A stretch of DNA of 64,000 nucleotides from an uncultured Pseudomonadota bacterium (GCA_963749075.1 CAVVLJ010000021.1:544001-608000); one strand, 5' to 3'; positions 40,411 through 54,870 are shown, counted from the stretch's first letter. A program made the numbers and translations. Notes: generated by a model not told the origin, from the sequence alone.

Positions 40411-41034
40411 GTGTACATCCCCAAGGGCTTCGAGGTCGAGGACCTCGCCACCCTTCATGGCTTCATGGAGCGCAACAGCTTCGCCACCCTGGTTGGTGTC
40501 CAGGGCGGAGCACCCTTCGCCACCCATCTCCCCTTGCTCGTCGAGCGCGAGAAGGGCGAGCGGGGAACCATCGTCGGCCACGTCGCGCGCGCCAACCCGC
40601 ACGGCAAACTGTTCGACGGCTCGAGCCCGGCGCTCGCCATCTTCACGGGTCCCCACGCCTACGTCTCGCCGAGCTGGTACGCCACCGCCGACAAGGTGCC
40701 GACCTGGCTCTACACCGCCGTGCACGCCTATGGCAGGCCGCGCGCGACGGAGGATCCTCGCGCGGTGCGCGCCCTCCTCGAGCGCATGGTCGAGCTCTAC
40801 GAGGGGGGCTTCGCCGAGCCCTGGCGGCTCGCGGGCCAGCGCGAGGTCTATCTCGAGGGCATGCAGCGCGGCATCGCCGCCTTCGAGATGCCGATCGAGC
40901 GCATCGAGGGCAAGTTCAAGCTCAACCAGATCAAGAACGAGGCCGACCGCCGCGGCACGATGGCCGGGCTCACGGCAACCGGCGACGCCATGGCGCGCGA
41001 GGTGGCCGAGCTCATGCAGGCGCTGGAGCCCTGA
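40411..41034 (+). CDS. FMN-binding negative transcriptional regulator (PaiB family)
   Basis: MYIP, GHVARANP, HAYVSPSWY, VPTW and KFKLNQ motifs. Confidence 0.9.
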   Translation: MYIPKGFEVEDLATLHGFMERNSFATLVGVQGGAPFATHLPLLVEREKGERGTIVGHVARANPHGKLFDGSSPALAIFTGPHAYVSPSWYATADKVPTWLYTAVHAYGRPRATEDPRAVRALLERMVELYEGGFAEPWRLAGQREVYLEGMQRGIAAFEMPIERIEGKFKLNQIKNEADRRGTMAGLTATGDAMAREVAELMQALEP

Positions 41035-41052
41035 GGCGGGGCCGCGGCTTCC

Positions 41053-41260
41053 CTATCCGAGCTTGATCGTGCCCTCGACCGTGTGCGTGAGGCCGAGACT
41101 TCTCGACGGTGAGCACGACCCTGGCGGCCAGCGCCTCGCTGCCGGCGAGCTTGCCCGCGGCGAGCGCCTGGCGCACCGCCTCCTCGATCTCGCGCTGGGA
41201 GGTGACGCCGACCGTCTTGAGGAACTTGCGCAGGTCCATGTTGAAGATGTTCTCGTCCAT
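41053..41260 (-). CDS. Small conserved hypothetical protein (DUF6494-like), apparent frameshift near 41097
   Basis: MDENIFNMDLRKFLKTVGVTSQREIE; C-terminus LGLTHTVEGTIKLG* is in another frame. Confidence 0.7.
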
Positions 41261-41364
41261 GACGCCCTCGCTTCTCCGGCGGCCGGCGCAGCGAATGGGT
41301 CTCCCGGTCCGCACCGCCCCATGCTAGCGTCGCGGCCTGACCATGGGAACGGGGAGGGCGCCCC

Positions 41365-42732
41365 TTGAATCTCGGCATGTTGCTCGGCAAGCGCGCGGAG
41401 GAGGGCCATCCGGTGCGCGTCGGCCTCATCGGCGCCGGCAAGTTCGGCACCATGTTCTTGGCGCAAGTGCGGCGCACGCCCGGCCTGCAGCTTCTCGGCA
41501 TCGCCGATCTCTCGCTTGCGCGCGCGCGGGCGGCGCTCGAGCGCACCGGCTGGCCCGCGGAGCGGATCGCGGCACCCGGCTTCGCCGCAGCGCTCGCGAG
41601 CGGTGCGGTCGCTTTGACCGACGACGCCGAGGCGCTGATCGCCGCCGACGGCCTCGACGTGGTGATCGAGGCGACCGGCGTGCCCGCGGCGGGCCTGCGC
41701 CACGCGCTCGCGGCCATCCACCGCGGCCGCCACGTGGTCATGGTGACGGTCGAGGCGGACGTGCTCGCAGGTCCCCTCCTCGCGCGCAAGGCCAAGGCGG
41801 CGGGCGTCGTCTATTCCATGGCCTATGGCGACCAGCCGGCGCTCATTGCCGAGCAGGTCGATTGGGCGCGCGCGACAGGATTCGACATCGTGGCCGCGGG
41901 GAAGGGCACCAAGTACCTCCCCGCATACCACCAATCGACGCCGGAGACCGTGTGGTCGCACTACGGCCTCTCGCCCGAGGCCGCGGCGGCCGGCGGCATG
42001 AACGCCCAGATGTTCAATTCCTTCCTCGACGGCACCAAATCGGCGATCGAGATGGCGGCGGTGGCGAATGCGACCGGTCTCACCCCACAGCCGGACGGGC
42101 TCGGCTTCCCGCCCGCAGGCGTCGACGAGCTGCCGCGCGTCTGCCGGCCGCGGAGTGCGGGCGGCGCGCTCGCCCACAAGGGCACGGTCGAGGTGGTCTC
42201 GAGCCTGGAGCGCGACGGCTCGCCCGTCTTCCGCGACCTGCGCTGGGGCGTCTACGTTACCTTCGAGGCGGGAAGCGATTACGTGCAGCGCTGCTTCGCC
42301 GAATACGGGCTCTTGACCGACGAGAGCGGGCGCTACGCCGCACTCTACCGTCCCTACCACCTGATCGGGCTCGAGCTCGGCGTCAGCGTCGCCTCGGCCG
42401 CCCTGCGCGGCGAGGCGACGGGTGCCGCGCGGTTCTTCATGGGCGATGCGGTGGCGACCGCCAAGCGTGATCTCGCAGGCAACGAGATGCTCGACGGCGA
42501 GGGCGGCACCATGGTCTACGGCAAGCTGATGCCGGCCGCGACGTTGCTCGAGCTCGGCTGCCTGCCCATCGGCCTCGCCCACAAGGTCAGGCTCAGGAAC
42601 CCGGTCAAGGCCGGCGCCGTCTTGCGTGCGGCGGACGTGGCACTCGACGACCACGACATCGCCGTGCGCCTGCGCCGCGAGATGGAAGCCGCCTTCGGCT
42701 GCAGCGACCGCCCTCGCGCGGCGGCGCAGTAG
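41365..42732 (+). CDS. Homoserine dehydrogenase-like oxidoreductase with C-terminal SAF domain
   Basis: GLIGAGKFG, AYGDQP, GKGTKY, DGTKSAIEM and LDGEGG motifs. Confidence 0.88.
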   Translation: MNLGMLLGKRAEEGHPVRVGLIGAGKFGTMFLAQVRRTPGLQLLGIADLSLARARAALERTGWPAERIAAPGFAAALASGAVALTDDAEALIAADGLDVVIEATGVPAAGLRHALAAIHRGRHVVMVTVEADVLAGPLLARKAKAAGVVYSMAYGDQPALIAEQVDWARATGFDIVAAGKGTKYLPAYHQSTPETVWSHYGLSPEAAAAGGMNAQMFNSFLDGTKSAIEMAAVANATGLTPQPDGLGFPPAGVDELPRVCRPRSAGGALAHKGTVEVVSSLERDGSPVFRDLRWGVYVTFEAGSDYVQRCFAEYGLLTDESGRYAALYRPYHLIGLELGVSVASAALRGEATGAARFFMGDAVATAKRDLAGNEMLDGEGGTMVYGKLMPAATLLELGCLPIGLAHKVRLRNPVKAGAVLRAADVALDDHDIAVRLRREMEAAFGCSDRPRAAAQ

Positions 42733-42739
42733 GGCTGCC

Positions 42740-43486
42740 ATGGCCGCTGCACTTCTCATCACTGGCGGCAGCCGCGGCATCGGAGCGGCCACCGCCCGCC
42801 TCGCCGCCGGCCGCGGCTACGACGTGTGCATCAGCTACCGCAGCGACCGTGCCGCTGCGGATGCGGTGGTAGCAGCCATCGCCAAGGCCGGCCGGCGCGC
42901 GCTAGCCGTCCAGGGCAATGTCGCCGAGGAGGCGGACGTCGTGCGTCTCTTCGACGAGGCGGAGAAGGCGCTGGGACCGCTCAGCGGCGTCGTCAACAAC
43001 GCCGGCATCGTCGGTCCCGCGAGCCGCGTCGCCGACGTGCCGCTCGCGACCGTCAAGGAGGTCTTCGACATCAACGTGCTCGGCGCCTTCCTCGTGGCGC
43101 GCGAGGCGGTGCGGCGGATGTCGACCACGCGCGGCGGCAAGGGCGGCTCACTCGTCAACCTCTCCTCCATGGCCGCCTTCTTGGGGATGCCCAACGAGTT
43201 CGTGCATTACGCGGTCTCCAAGGGCGCCATCGAGACGCTCACCATCGGCTTGAGCCGCGAGGTGGCGCGCGAGGGCATCCGGGTGAACGCGGTGGCGCCC
43301 GGCCTCATCGCGACCGAGATCCACGCCTCGACCGGGTTGCCCGACCGTCTCGAGCGCCTCGCGCCTCTCGTGCCGATCGGCCGCAGCGGCACGGCCGAGG
43401 AGGTCGCCGAGGCCATCCTCTGGCTGCTCTCGGACGCCGCCTCCTACGTGACCGGCACCTCGCTGCGCGTATCAGGGGGGCGGTAG
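42740..43486 (+). CDS. SDR family oxidoreductase
   Basis: TGGSRGIG, NNAG and YAVSKG motifs. Confidence 0.93.
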   Translation: MAAALLITGGSRGIGAATARLAAGRGYDVCISYRSDRAAADAVVAAIAKAGRRALAVQGNVAEEADVVRLFDEAEKALGPLSGVVNNAGIVGPASRVADVPLATVKEVFDINVLGAFLVAREAVRRMSTTRGGKGGSLVNLSSMAAFLGMPNEFVHYAVSKGAIETLTIGLSREVAREGIRVNAVAPGLIATEIHASTGLPDRLERLAPLVPIGRSGTAEEVAEAILWLLSDAASYVTGTSLRVSGGR

Positions 43487-43583
43487 GGGATGATCGCGCG
43501 GCGCTGTTGACAATCCCGCCTCTCCGAGCCCAATTGTGCGGCCCTGAGAGAGCGGGCCAGTCAGTTCGGCGCCATCCCACCCG

Positions 43584-44726
43584 ATGCCAAATCCCCCACC
43601 GACGACCCTCGGACCCGGTTCGCAGGGGCCGCTCGCCGCCTACCGCGCGATGCGCCAGGCGGGCAAGCTCAACCCGGATCCGGCCCAGCTCCTTGCCGCG
43701 GAGAAGCTGCAGGGCCTCGCCAAGGCGCTTGCCGGCTATCGCCCCCTCGATAACGGCAGCGGCTGGAAGGCGCGGCTCGGGCTCGCCGACCGGCGCGGGA
43801 CGCTGCCCCAGGGGCTCTATCTCTTCGGCGAGGCGGGGCGGGGCAAGTCCATGCTCATGGATCTCTTCTTTGCGCACGCGGCAGTACCCCGGAAGCGCCG
43901 CGTCCACTTCCATGCCTTCATGCTCGAGGTGCACGCGCGCATCCACCGCCTGCGCCAGGCGGGGAAGGGCGCCTCCATCGCACCCGTGGCGGCAGCGCTT
44001 GCCGAGGAGGCCTGGCTTCTCTGCTTCGACGAGTTCCACGTCACCGACATCGCCGACGCCATGATCCTCGGGCGCCTTTTCGAGGCGCTCTTCTCGGCGG
44101 GCGTCGTGATCGTCGCCACCTCCAACTATGCACCCGACGAGCTCTACCGCAACGGCCTCAAGCGCGAGCTCTTCCTCCCCTTCATCGCCATCATCAAGGA
44201 GAAGCTCGACGTGCTCCAGCTCGAGGGCGGCGTCGACTGGCGCCGCCGGCGCCTCATCGGCACGCGCACCTACCACGTCCCGCTCGGCGCCGCGGCGAGT
44301 GCCGCCTTGCGCGAGGCCTTCGCAGCGCTGACCGACGGTGCTGCGCCGGCGCCCGACAGCCTCATCGTTCAGGGCCGCACCTTGCGCCTGGCGCGCGCGG
44401 CCCAGGGCGTGCTCCTCGCGAGCTTCGCCGAGCTCTGCGAGGCCACCCTCGGCCCCGCCGATTATCTCGCCCTCGCCCAGCATTTCCGCGCGGTGGTGCT
44501 CGACGGCATTCCCCGCCTCGGCCCCGCGCGGCGCAACGAGGCGCGCCGCTTCGTCACCCTCATCGACGAGCTCTACGAGCATCGCGTGCATCTCGTAGCC
44601 GCTGCCGAGGCCGAGCCCGACCGGCTCTGCCCCGCGGGCGAGGCGGCCGAGCTCTTCCGCCGCGCCGCCTCGCGGCTTATCGAGATGCGCACGGCGGAGT
44701 ATATGGAGCTCGCCCATCTCACGTGA
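43584..44726 (+). CDS. zapE: Cell division ATPase ZapE (AFG1 family)
   Basis: GEAGRGKS, CFDEF, ATSN and RRFVTLIDELYE motifs; upstream of mdh. Confidence 0.93.
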   Translation: MPNPPPTTLGPGSQGPLAAYRAMRQAGKLNPDPAQLLAAEKLQGLAKALAGYRPLDNGSGWKARLGLADRRGTLPQGLYLFGEAGRGKSMLMDLFFAHAAVPRKRRVHFHAFMLEVHARIHRLRQAGKGASIAPVAAALAEEAWLLCFDEFHVTDIADAMILGRLFEALFSAGVVIVATSNYAPDELYRNGLKRELFLPFIAIIKEKLDVLQLEGGVDWRRRRLIGTRTYHVPLGAAASAALREAFAALTDGAAPAPDSLIVQGRTLRLARAAQGVLLASFAELCEATLGPADYLALAQHFRAVVLDGIPRLGPARRNEARRFVTLIDELYEHRVHLVAAAEAEPDRLCPAGEAAELFRRAASRLIEMRTAEYMELAHLT

Positions 44727-44735
44727 GGCGGTGCC

Positions 44736-45744
44736 ATGAAGGCCTATCAGCTGGGCGAGCCTTTCGGCCTCGAGGCCTTGCGCCTCTTAGACCTGCCCGA
44801 GCCTGAGCCGGGACCCGGCGAGGTCAAGCTGCGCGTGCGCGCCGTCTCGCTCAACTACCGCGACCTCCTCATCGCCAAGGGCGACTACAGCCGCCGCCTG
44901 CCGCTGCCGCTCGTGCCGGGCTCGGACGGTGCGGGCGAGGTGGCGAGCGTGGGCGAGGGGGTGCGGCACTTCGCCCCTGGCGACCGCGTCGTCGCCGCCT
45001 TCTTCCAGCGCTGGCTCGAGGGGCCGATCGGGCCTGCGGCGCGCGCCTCCGCACTCGGCGCCGGCAGGGCCGGCATGCTCGCCGAATATGTGGTGCTGCG
45101 CGAAGAGGGGCTGCTCGAGGTGCCGGCGCACCTCTCATTCGAGGAGGCGGCGTGCCTGCCCTGCGCCGGCGTCACCGCCTGGCATGCCCTCGAGGCCGCA
45201 AGGCCGCTCGCCGAGGGCGAGAGCGTGCTCACGCAAGGCTCGGGCGGCGTCTCCCTCTTCGCCCTCCAGTTCGCCAAGCTGCGCGGCGCCCGCGTCATCG
45301 CCACCTCGAGCCGCGACGAGCGCTGCCAGCGCCTCAAGTCCCTCGGCGCCGACGAGACGATCAATTACCGCGACCAGCCCGAGTGGGACCGCCGGGTGCT
45401 CGAGCTCACGGGCGGCCAAGGCGTCGACCGCGTCGTCGAGGTGGGCGGTGCGGGCACGCTCGCAGCACTCGCTCCGCGCCGTGCGCGTGGGCGGCCTCAT
45501 CGCCGTCATCGGCGTGCTCGCGGGCAAGGGCTCCTTCGACCCCATGCCGCTCATCATGAAGAGCGTGCGCCTCCACGGCATCAGCGTCGGGCCCAAGGAG
45601 ATGTTCGAGGCGATGAACCGCACCATCGCGGCGAGCGGCTTGCGCCCGATCATCGACCGCGTCTTCCCCATGGCCGGGCTCCCCGCGGCCTTGCGCCACA
45701 TGGAGGCGGGGGCGCATTTCGGGAAGATTTGCGTGGCCGTGTGA
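44736..45744 (+). CDS. Zinc-type alcohol dehydrogenase-like (MDR), apparent frameshift near 45465
   Basis: SLNYRD, PGSDGAG and QGSGGVS motifs; C-terminus …HFGKICVAV is in another frame. Confidence 0.85.
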
Positions 45745-45771
45745 GGGAATTATCCCCTGGACGCACGTAGT

Positions 45772-46181
45772 TTACGATGCCCGTCGTATCCGCGCCTTGA
45801 ACCAATCCGTGATCTCATCAAGCGCCATGGCGCCTGTTGCGGCCGCCAGAATCATTTCTTCGAACGCGTCGTCAATCGATTCGTTCGAGTCGAGTGCAGA
45901 AAGCCGGTAGCCGCTATTCACGATGAGGGTATGGGCGAGAATGATGGTCGTCCGTTTGTTGCCGTCCGCAAATCCATGGTTGTTCACCATGGATTGCACG
46001 AGTGCGGAAGCCTTTCGCTCTATAAGACGATAATAGCCGCTGTATGGCCTCTGGATCGCCGATTCGACTAGGTCTCGATGCGGGATTCCAGGCAAGCCGC
46101 CAGTTCTAAGCGCTCGCTCATGAGCACTTCATGAGCACTTAGAGCATCGGCGAGCGTGATTCGATAGTGCCGCTTACCGAT
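45772..46181 (-). pseudogene. Doc/Fic family toxin disrupted by an 11-bp tandem duplication
   Basis: HGFADGNKRT motif. CATGAGCACTT is duplicated at 46119-46140; removing one copy gives KRHYRITLADALSAHERALRTGGLPGI…. Confidence 0.8.
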
Positions 46182-46413
46182 TGGCGAGCCGTTTCAGCGC
46201 ACGATCATAGAGCCTAACCGCTTCGTCCATGGCCCTTACCGATTTGCTGCTCGTAACATAGGTGTGGCGCTCCCCACCTGAGTCCACATGCCAGACCTCG
46301 CGATGGGAAGTGCTGTGGGCTTTGCTGGCCTCGGACAGAGTTCTGCCGGCCAGCGCTTTCTCAGCCCTCCCGGAGCGTGGTTCACCAGATTTGCCGTTCT
46401 TCCGCTGTGCCAT
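46174..46413 (-). CDS. Small putative antitoxin upstream of the Doc gene
   Basis: C-terminus AMDEAVRLYDRALKRLANR resembles Doc-neutralising tails; overlaps the toxin start. Confidence 0.6.
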   Translation of the reverse strand: MAQRKNGKSGEPRSGRAEKALAGRTLSEASKAHSTSHREVWHVDSGGERHTYVTSSKSVRAMDEAVRLYDRALKRLANR

Positions 46414-46758
46414 GGCGGCCCTTTTCACTCTCTGATAGTATGGAGATATATCATTCGTATTAATACGATAGTATAGTAGGACACACGGGAGCAATCTTTT
46501 TATTGTAAACCACATTGCATGACGAATGCGCAATAAAATGCGCGCTCACAAACCGTTATTTCCATAGACGCGCCGCCGCACTTGCGGTGTCTCCCATTAC
46601 CGATAATCATTGCGGTGTGGGGGATAGGACGGCCATCCGACACACGCCGCACTCGGTCGTGCTTCTCCTCCATCCTTTCATCGGAGCCCGATCGGAGCGG
46701 GGATGGCGGGCGATATTCTGCGCGGCGAATGGGTGCGTCTCAACCGGAGGGTTTGAGC

Positions 46759-47191
46759 GTGGCGAGCGAGGCGCCCAACGTCAAGGCCGTCCGTGCCGAG
46801 AAGGATCGCCATCTGGTCATCACCTGGAAGGGCGGGGCGGAAGCTGTCGTCGATGTGTCGAAGCATCTCGCGGAGTATGCGATCTTCACGCCGCTCCGCG
46901 CCGACGACGCGTTCTTTCACAAGGCCGCGGTCGGCGAGCGGGGCTGGTGCGTCCGCTGGTCCGGACGACATGGAGATTTCCTCCGACACGCTCTGGCGTC
47001 TGGCGCTCGAGCAGGGAAGTGCCACGCTGCGGTCATGGCGCAAGGCGCACCGCATGACGCAGGCCGAGGCCGCCGCGGCCTTGGGCGTGAGTCCTCGGAT
47101 GTGGCGCTATTATGAGGCCGGGTCGCACCTTCTGCCCAAGACCGTGCGGCTTGCTTGTGCCGGTCTCGATGCAGAGGCAAGGGCAGCGTGA
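46759..47191 (+). CDS. DUF2442 + XRE-HTH antitoxin-like protein (apparent frameshift near 46958)
   Basis: VKAVRAEKDRHLVITW…FTPL…W continues in another frame as DDMEISSDTLW…MTQAEAAAALGVSPRMWRYYEAG. Confidence 0.7.
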
Positions 47192-47234
47192 GAGCCTCCG
47201 CGCTCTTGGCCGCCCCGCGACCGCCGCAAAGTGA

Positions 47235-49601
<2,367 letters not shown>

Positions 49602-49602
49602 C

Positions 49603-50478
<876 letters not shown>

Positions 50479-50509
50479 AGGTGCGGCGAGCGGGGTCGCG
50501 CTAGGACGC

Positions 50510-50609
50510 ACCCCCCACCCCAACCCTCCCCCTCAAGGGGGGAGGGGGTAAGCGACCGGGGGCGATAGAATTTCCCCTCCCCCTTGAGGGGGAGGGTCGG
50601 GAGGGGGGT
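50510..50609. repeat. REP/RIME-like palindromic intergenic repeat, copy 2
   Basis: Same arms as 18535-18637 with a different core. Confidence 0.85.
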
Positions 50610-50656
50610 AGGTTGGCAAGCGCGGCGCAGCATTGGCAGGCAACTCCGGATCGATT

Positions 50657-53518
50657 ATGAGCAACCGTCTCGAGACCGAGCGACAATCCTTTCTCTTCGG
50701 CTCCAATGCCGACTTCATCGCCGAGCTCTACGGCCGCTTCCTCGCGGACCCGGGAAGCGTCGACGCGGGCTGGGCGGCCTTCTTCCGCGGCTTGCACGAC
50801 GATCCCGCGAGCGTGCTCGGCGAGGTGCGCGGGGCGAGCTGGGCGCCGCGCGGAAGCATGATCGCCGACGGCTCGGAGACGCCGCCGGCCCCAGCCAAGG
50901 GCAACGGCGCCACAGCACAACTCAGCGCCGAGGAGGTGCGCCAGGCCCAGCGCGACGTGCTGAGCGCCATCATGATGATCCGCGCCTATCGCGTGCGCGG
51001 CCACCTCATCGCCAACCTCGACCCGCTCGGCCTCGAGAAGCGCAAGTACCATCCCGAGCTCGACTACAAGACCTACGGCTTCACCGACGCCGATCTCGAC
51101 CGCCCGATCTTCATCAACAACGTGCTCGGCCTCGAGAGCGCCTCCTTGCGCGACATCGTCAAGCGCGCGCGAGAGACCTATTGCGGCAACGTCGGCGTCG
51201 AGTACATGCACATCCAGGACGCCGACCAGAAGCAGTGGATCCAGGAGCGCATCGAGGGCCACAACCGCACCGAGTTCACCAGCAAGGGCAAGCAGGCGAT
51301 CCTCGAGCGCCTGACCGCCGCCGAGGTCTTCGAGCGCTTCCTCGACAAGAAGTTCACCGGCACCAAGCGCTTCGGCCTCGATGGCGCCGAGACGCTCATC
51401 CCGGCGCTCGAGCAGATCATCAAGGTGGGCGGCCGGCTCGGCATCGAGGAGATCGTCATCGGCATGCCGCACCGCGGCCGCCTCAACGTGCTCGCCAACG
51501 TGATGAGCAAGCCCTTCACCGCGATCTTCGCCGAGTTCGAGGGCCATGCCGCACCCGACGAGGTGCTCGGCTCGGGCGACGTGAAGTACCACCTCGGTAC
51601 CTCGTCGGACCGCGAGTTCGACGGCAAGAACGTCCACCTCTCGCTCACCGCCAATCCCTCGCATCTCGAGGCGGTCGATCCGGTGGTGCTCGGCAAGGCG
51701 CGCGCCAAGCAGCGCCTGCGCGGCGACGCCGAGCGCTCGCAGGTCATGGGCCTCCTGATGCACGGCGACGCCGCCTTTGCCGGGCAAGGCATCGTGGCGG
51801 AGACCTTCGAGCTCTCCGAGCTCTACGACTACCGCATCGGCGGCACCATCCATTTCGTGGTCAACAACCAGATCGGCTTCACCACCAATCCCGCCAACGC
51901 GCGCACCGGCGCCTATTGCTCGGACATGGGCAAGGTGGTGCAGGCGCCGATCTTCCACGTCAACGGCGACGACCCGGAGGCGGTGGTCCACGTCTCGCGC
52001 ATCTCAACCGAGTTCCGCCAGCGCTTCAAGCGCGACGTGGTGATCGACATGTTCTGCTACCGCCGCCACGGCCACAACGAGATCGACGAGCCCGCCTTCA
52101 CCCAGCCGCGCATGTACCGCAAGATCGCCCAGCACCCGACGACGCGTCAGCTCTACGCGGAGAAGCTCGCCGCGGAGGGCGAGGTCTCGGCCGAGGCGGC
52201 CGAGGCGCTGGTGGCCGGCTTCAACGCCCGGCTCGAGCGCGACTTCGAGGCGGCCAAGAGCTATCGCGTCAACAAGGCCGACTGGCTCGAGGGCGCCTGG
52301 AGCGGCTTCGACGTGGCGCGCGGCGAGGCGCGGCGCGGCGAGACCGCGGTCGAGCTCGACGCGCTGCGCCGGATCGGCCTCAAGCTCTGCGCCTGGCCCG
52401 AGGGCTTCCGCATCAACCGCAAGCTCGCGCGCTTGCTCGAGCAGAAGCGCAAGTTGATCGAGACGGGCGAGGGCATCGACTGGGCGACCGCCGAGGCGCT
52501 CGCCTTCGGCTCGCTTGTCGTCGAGGGCACGCCCGTGCGGCTCTCCGGACAGGATTCGGGCCGCGGCACCTTCTCCCAGCGCCACGCGGTCTGGGTCGAC
52601 CAGGAGAGCGAGGAGAAATACGTGCCGCTCGCCAATCTCGCGGCGGACCAGGCCGACTTCCGCGTCATCGACAGCCCGCTCGCCGAGGCCTCGGTGCTCG
52701 GCTTCGAGTACGGCTATTCGCTCGCCGACCCGCGCTCGCTCGTGCTGTGGGAGGCGCAGTTCGGCGACTTCGCCAACGGCGCCCAGGTGATCATCGACCA
52801 GTTCTTGAGCTCGGGCGAGAGCAAGTGGCTGCGCATGTCGGGCCTCGTGCTTCTTCTGCCCCACGGCTACGAGGGCCAGGGGCCCGAGCACAGCTCGGCG
52901 CGGCTCGAGCGCTATCTGCAGCTCTGCGGCGAGGACAATATGCAGGTCGTCAATTGCTCGACGCCTTCGCAATATTTCCACGCGCTCAGGCGCCAGATGC
53001 GGCGCAACTTCCGCAAGCCGCTCGTGGTGATGACGCCCAAGTCGCTGCTGCGCCACCGCCATTGCGTCTCCCGGCTCGCCGACATGGGGCCGGGCACCAG
53101 CTTCCACCGCGTCTACTACGACTGGGCGCCGCGCCTGCCCGACGGCGGGATCGCGCGCATCGTGCTGTGCTCCGGCAAGGTCTATTACGACATCCTCGAG
53201 GAGCTCGAGAAGCGCGGGCTCAAGGAGGTCTATCTCCTCCGCCTCGAGCAGCTCTATCCCTTCCCGGTGCGCGCACTCTCCGCCGAGCTGGCGCGCTTCA
53301 AGCAGGCCGAGTTCGTCTGGTGCCAGGAGGAGCCGCGCAACATGGGCGCCTGGTCCTTCGTCGGGCCGCGCCTGGAGGAGGTCCTCGCCGCCGTCGGCGC
53401 CGCGCGCCCGCGCCCCATCTACGCCGGCCGCGCCGAGTCCGCCTCGCCGGCGACCGGCCTCCATGCGCGCCACGTCCAGGAACAGAAGCGGCTGATCGAC
53501 GAGGCGCTCTCGCTCTGA
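50657..53518 (+). CDS. sucA: 2-oxoglutarate dehydrogenase E1
   Basis: GMPHRGRLN, HGDAAFAGQG, WEAQFGDF and HGYEGQGPEHSS motifs. Confidence 0.98.
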   Translation: MSNRLETERQSFLFGSNADFIAELYGRFLADPGSVDAGWAAFFRGLHDDPASVLGEVRGASWAPRGSMIADGSETPPAPAKGNGATAQLSAEEVRQAQRDVLSAIMMIRAYRVRGHLIANLDPLGLEKRKYHPELDYKTYGFTDADLDRPIFINNVLGLESASLRDIVKRARETYCGNVGVEYMHIQDADQKQWIQERIEGHNRTEFTSKGKQAILERLTAAEVFERFLDKKFTGTKRFGLDGAETLIPALEQIIKVGGRLGIEEIVIGMPHRGRLNVLANVMSKPFTAIFAEFEGHAAPDEVLGSGDVKYHLGTSSDREFDGKNVHLSLTANPSHLEAVDPVVLGKARAKQRLRGDAERSQVMGLLMHGDAAFAGQGIVAETFELSELYDYRIGGTIHFVVNNQIGFTTNPANARTGAYCSDMGKVVQAPIFHVNGDDPEAVVHVSRISTEFRQRFKRDVVIDMFCYRRHGHNEIDEPAFTQPRMYRKIAQHPTTRQLYAEKLAAEGEVSAEAAEALVAGFNARLERDFEAAKSYRVNKADWLEGAWSGFDVARGEARRGETAVELDALRRIGLKLCAWPEGFRINRKLARLLEQKRKLIETGEGIDWATAEALAFGSLVVEGTPVRLSGQDSGRGTFSQRHAVWVDQESEEKYVPLANLAADQADFRVIDSPLAEASVLGFEYGYSLADPRSLVLWEAQFGDFANGAQVIIDQFLSSGESKWLRMSGLVLLLPHGYEGQGPEHSSARLERYLQLCGEDNMQVVNCSTPSQYFHALRRQMRRNFRKPLVVMTPKSLLRHRHCVSRLADMGPGTSFHRVYYDWAPRLPDGGIARIVLCSGKVYYDILEELEKRGLKEVYLLRLEQLYPFPVRALSAELARFKQAEFVWCQEEPRNMGAWSFVGPRLEEVLAAVGAARPRPIYAGRAESASPATGLHARHVQEQKRLIDEALSL

Positions 53519-53552
53519 GCGGGTGCTGCACGGCTGAGAGGGAATGGATGCC

Positions 53553-54863
53553 ATGGCGACCAACATCGTGGTGCCGACGCTCGGCGAGTCGGTGAGCGAG
53601 GCGACGGTCTCGAAATGGCTCAAGCGCGCGGGCGAGGCGGTCGCGATGGACGACCCGCTCGTCGAGCTCGAGACCGACAAGGTGACCCTCGAGGTGCCCT
53701 CGCCCGTGGCCGGAACCCTCGGCGAGATACTGGCACCGGAGGGCAGCACCGTCCTGGTCGGCGCCACGCTCGCGATCGTCGAGGACGGCGCCGGCGCCCC
53801 GGCGAAGGCAGCTCCCGCCAAACCCGCTCCGGCGGCACCGCCGCCCGCCGCTCCGGCCCCGCCCGCCGCCGCTCCGGCTCCGGCCGCCGCGGCTCCGGCA
53901 ACGGCTGCCGACGTGCTGGCGCCCGCGGTGCGCAAGCTCGTCGAGGAGAACGCCCTCGATCCCGCCGCGATTCCCGCCTCGGGCAAGGACGGCCGCCTCA
54001 CCAAGGGCGACGTGCTCGCCTATCTCGAGAGCCGGGCGAAGCCCGCCTCAGCACCGCCGCCTCCGCCCGCGGCACCTGCAGCGCCGGCATCTGCAGCACC
54101 CGCACCCGCACCCGCAGCGCCGGCGCCCGCGGCAGCGGCAGCACCTCCCGCCGCGGCGGAAGGCGCCCGCGAGGAGCGCGTGCACATGTCGCGCTTGAGG
54201 CGCACCATCGCGGCCCGCCTGAAAGAGGCGCAGAACAGCGCCGCCATGCTCACCACCTTCAACGAGGCGGACATGTCGGCGGTGATGGCGCTCAGGGCCC
54301 GCTACCGCGACAGCTTCGAGAAGCGGCACGGCGTGCGGCTCGGCTTCATGTCCTTCTTCGTCAAGGCCTGCGTGGTCGGCCTCAAGGAGCTGCCCTCCGT
54401 CAATGCGCAGATCGACGGCGAGGACATCGTCTACAAGAACCACTATGACTTCGGCGTCGCAATCGGCAGCGGCCAGGGCCTGGTGGTGCCGGTGGTGCGC
54501 GACGTGGACAGGAAGTCGTTCGCCGTGCTCGAGAAGGAGATCGGCGCCTTGAGCGCCCGCGCGCACGACGGCAAGCTCACCATCGAGGAGCTGACCGGCG
54601 GCACCTTCACCATCACCAACGGCGGCATCTACGGCTCGCTCATGTCGACGCCCATCATCAACCCGCCCCAGAGCGCCATCCTCGGCATGCACAAGATCGC
54701 CGAGCGCCCGGTCGCGATCCAAGGCAAGATCGAGATCAGGCCGATGATGTATCTCGCCGTCTCCTACGACCACCGCATCATCGACGGCCGCGAGGCGGTG
54801 AGCTTCCTCGTGCGCGTCAAGGAGTGCATCGAGGATCCGGAGCGCTTGCTGCTCGACATGTGA
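53553..54863 (+). CDS. sucB: Dihydrolipoamide succinyltransferase E2
   Basis: Lipoyl site ETDKV; catalytic YDHRIIDG. Confidence 0.98.
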   Translation: MATNIVVPTLGESVSEATVSKWLKRAGEAVAMDDPLVELETDKVTLEVPSPVAGTLGEILAPEGSTVLVGATLAIVEDGAGAPAKAAPAKPAPAAPPPAAPAPPAAAPAPAAAAPATAADVLAPAVRKLVEENALDPAAIPASGKDGRLTKGDVLAYLESRAKPASAPPPPPAAPAAPASAAPAPAPAAPAPAAAAAPPAAAEGAREERVHMSRLRRTIAARLKEAQNSAAMLTTFNEADMSAVMALRARYRDSFEKRHGVRLGFMSFFVKACVVGLKELPSVNAQIDGEDIVYKNHYDFGVAIGSGQGLVVPVVRDVDRKSFAVLEKEIGALSARAHDGKLTIEELTGGTFTITNGGIYGSLMSTPIINPPQSAILGMHKIAERPVAIQGKIEIRPMMYLAVSYDHRIIDGREAVSFLVRVKECIEDPERLLLDM

Positions 54864-54870
54864 GGGTGCG

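Noticed and set aside
37675-40725. 1016-aa antisense ORF and similar long shadow ORFs
   Set aside because: Expected antisense open frames opposite well-supported high-GC genes.
53790-54165. Repetitive GC-rich DNA in sucB
   Set aside because: Ordinary Pro/Ala linkers of the E2 subunit.
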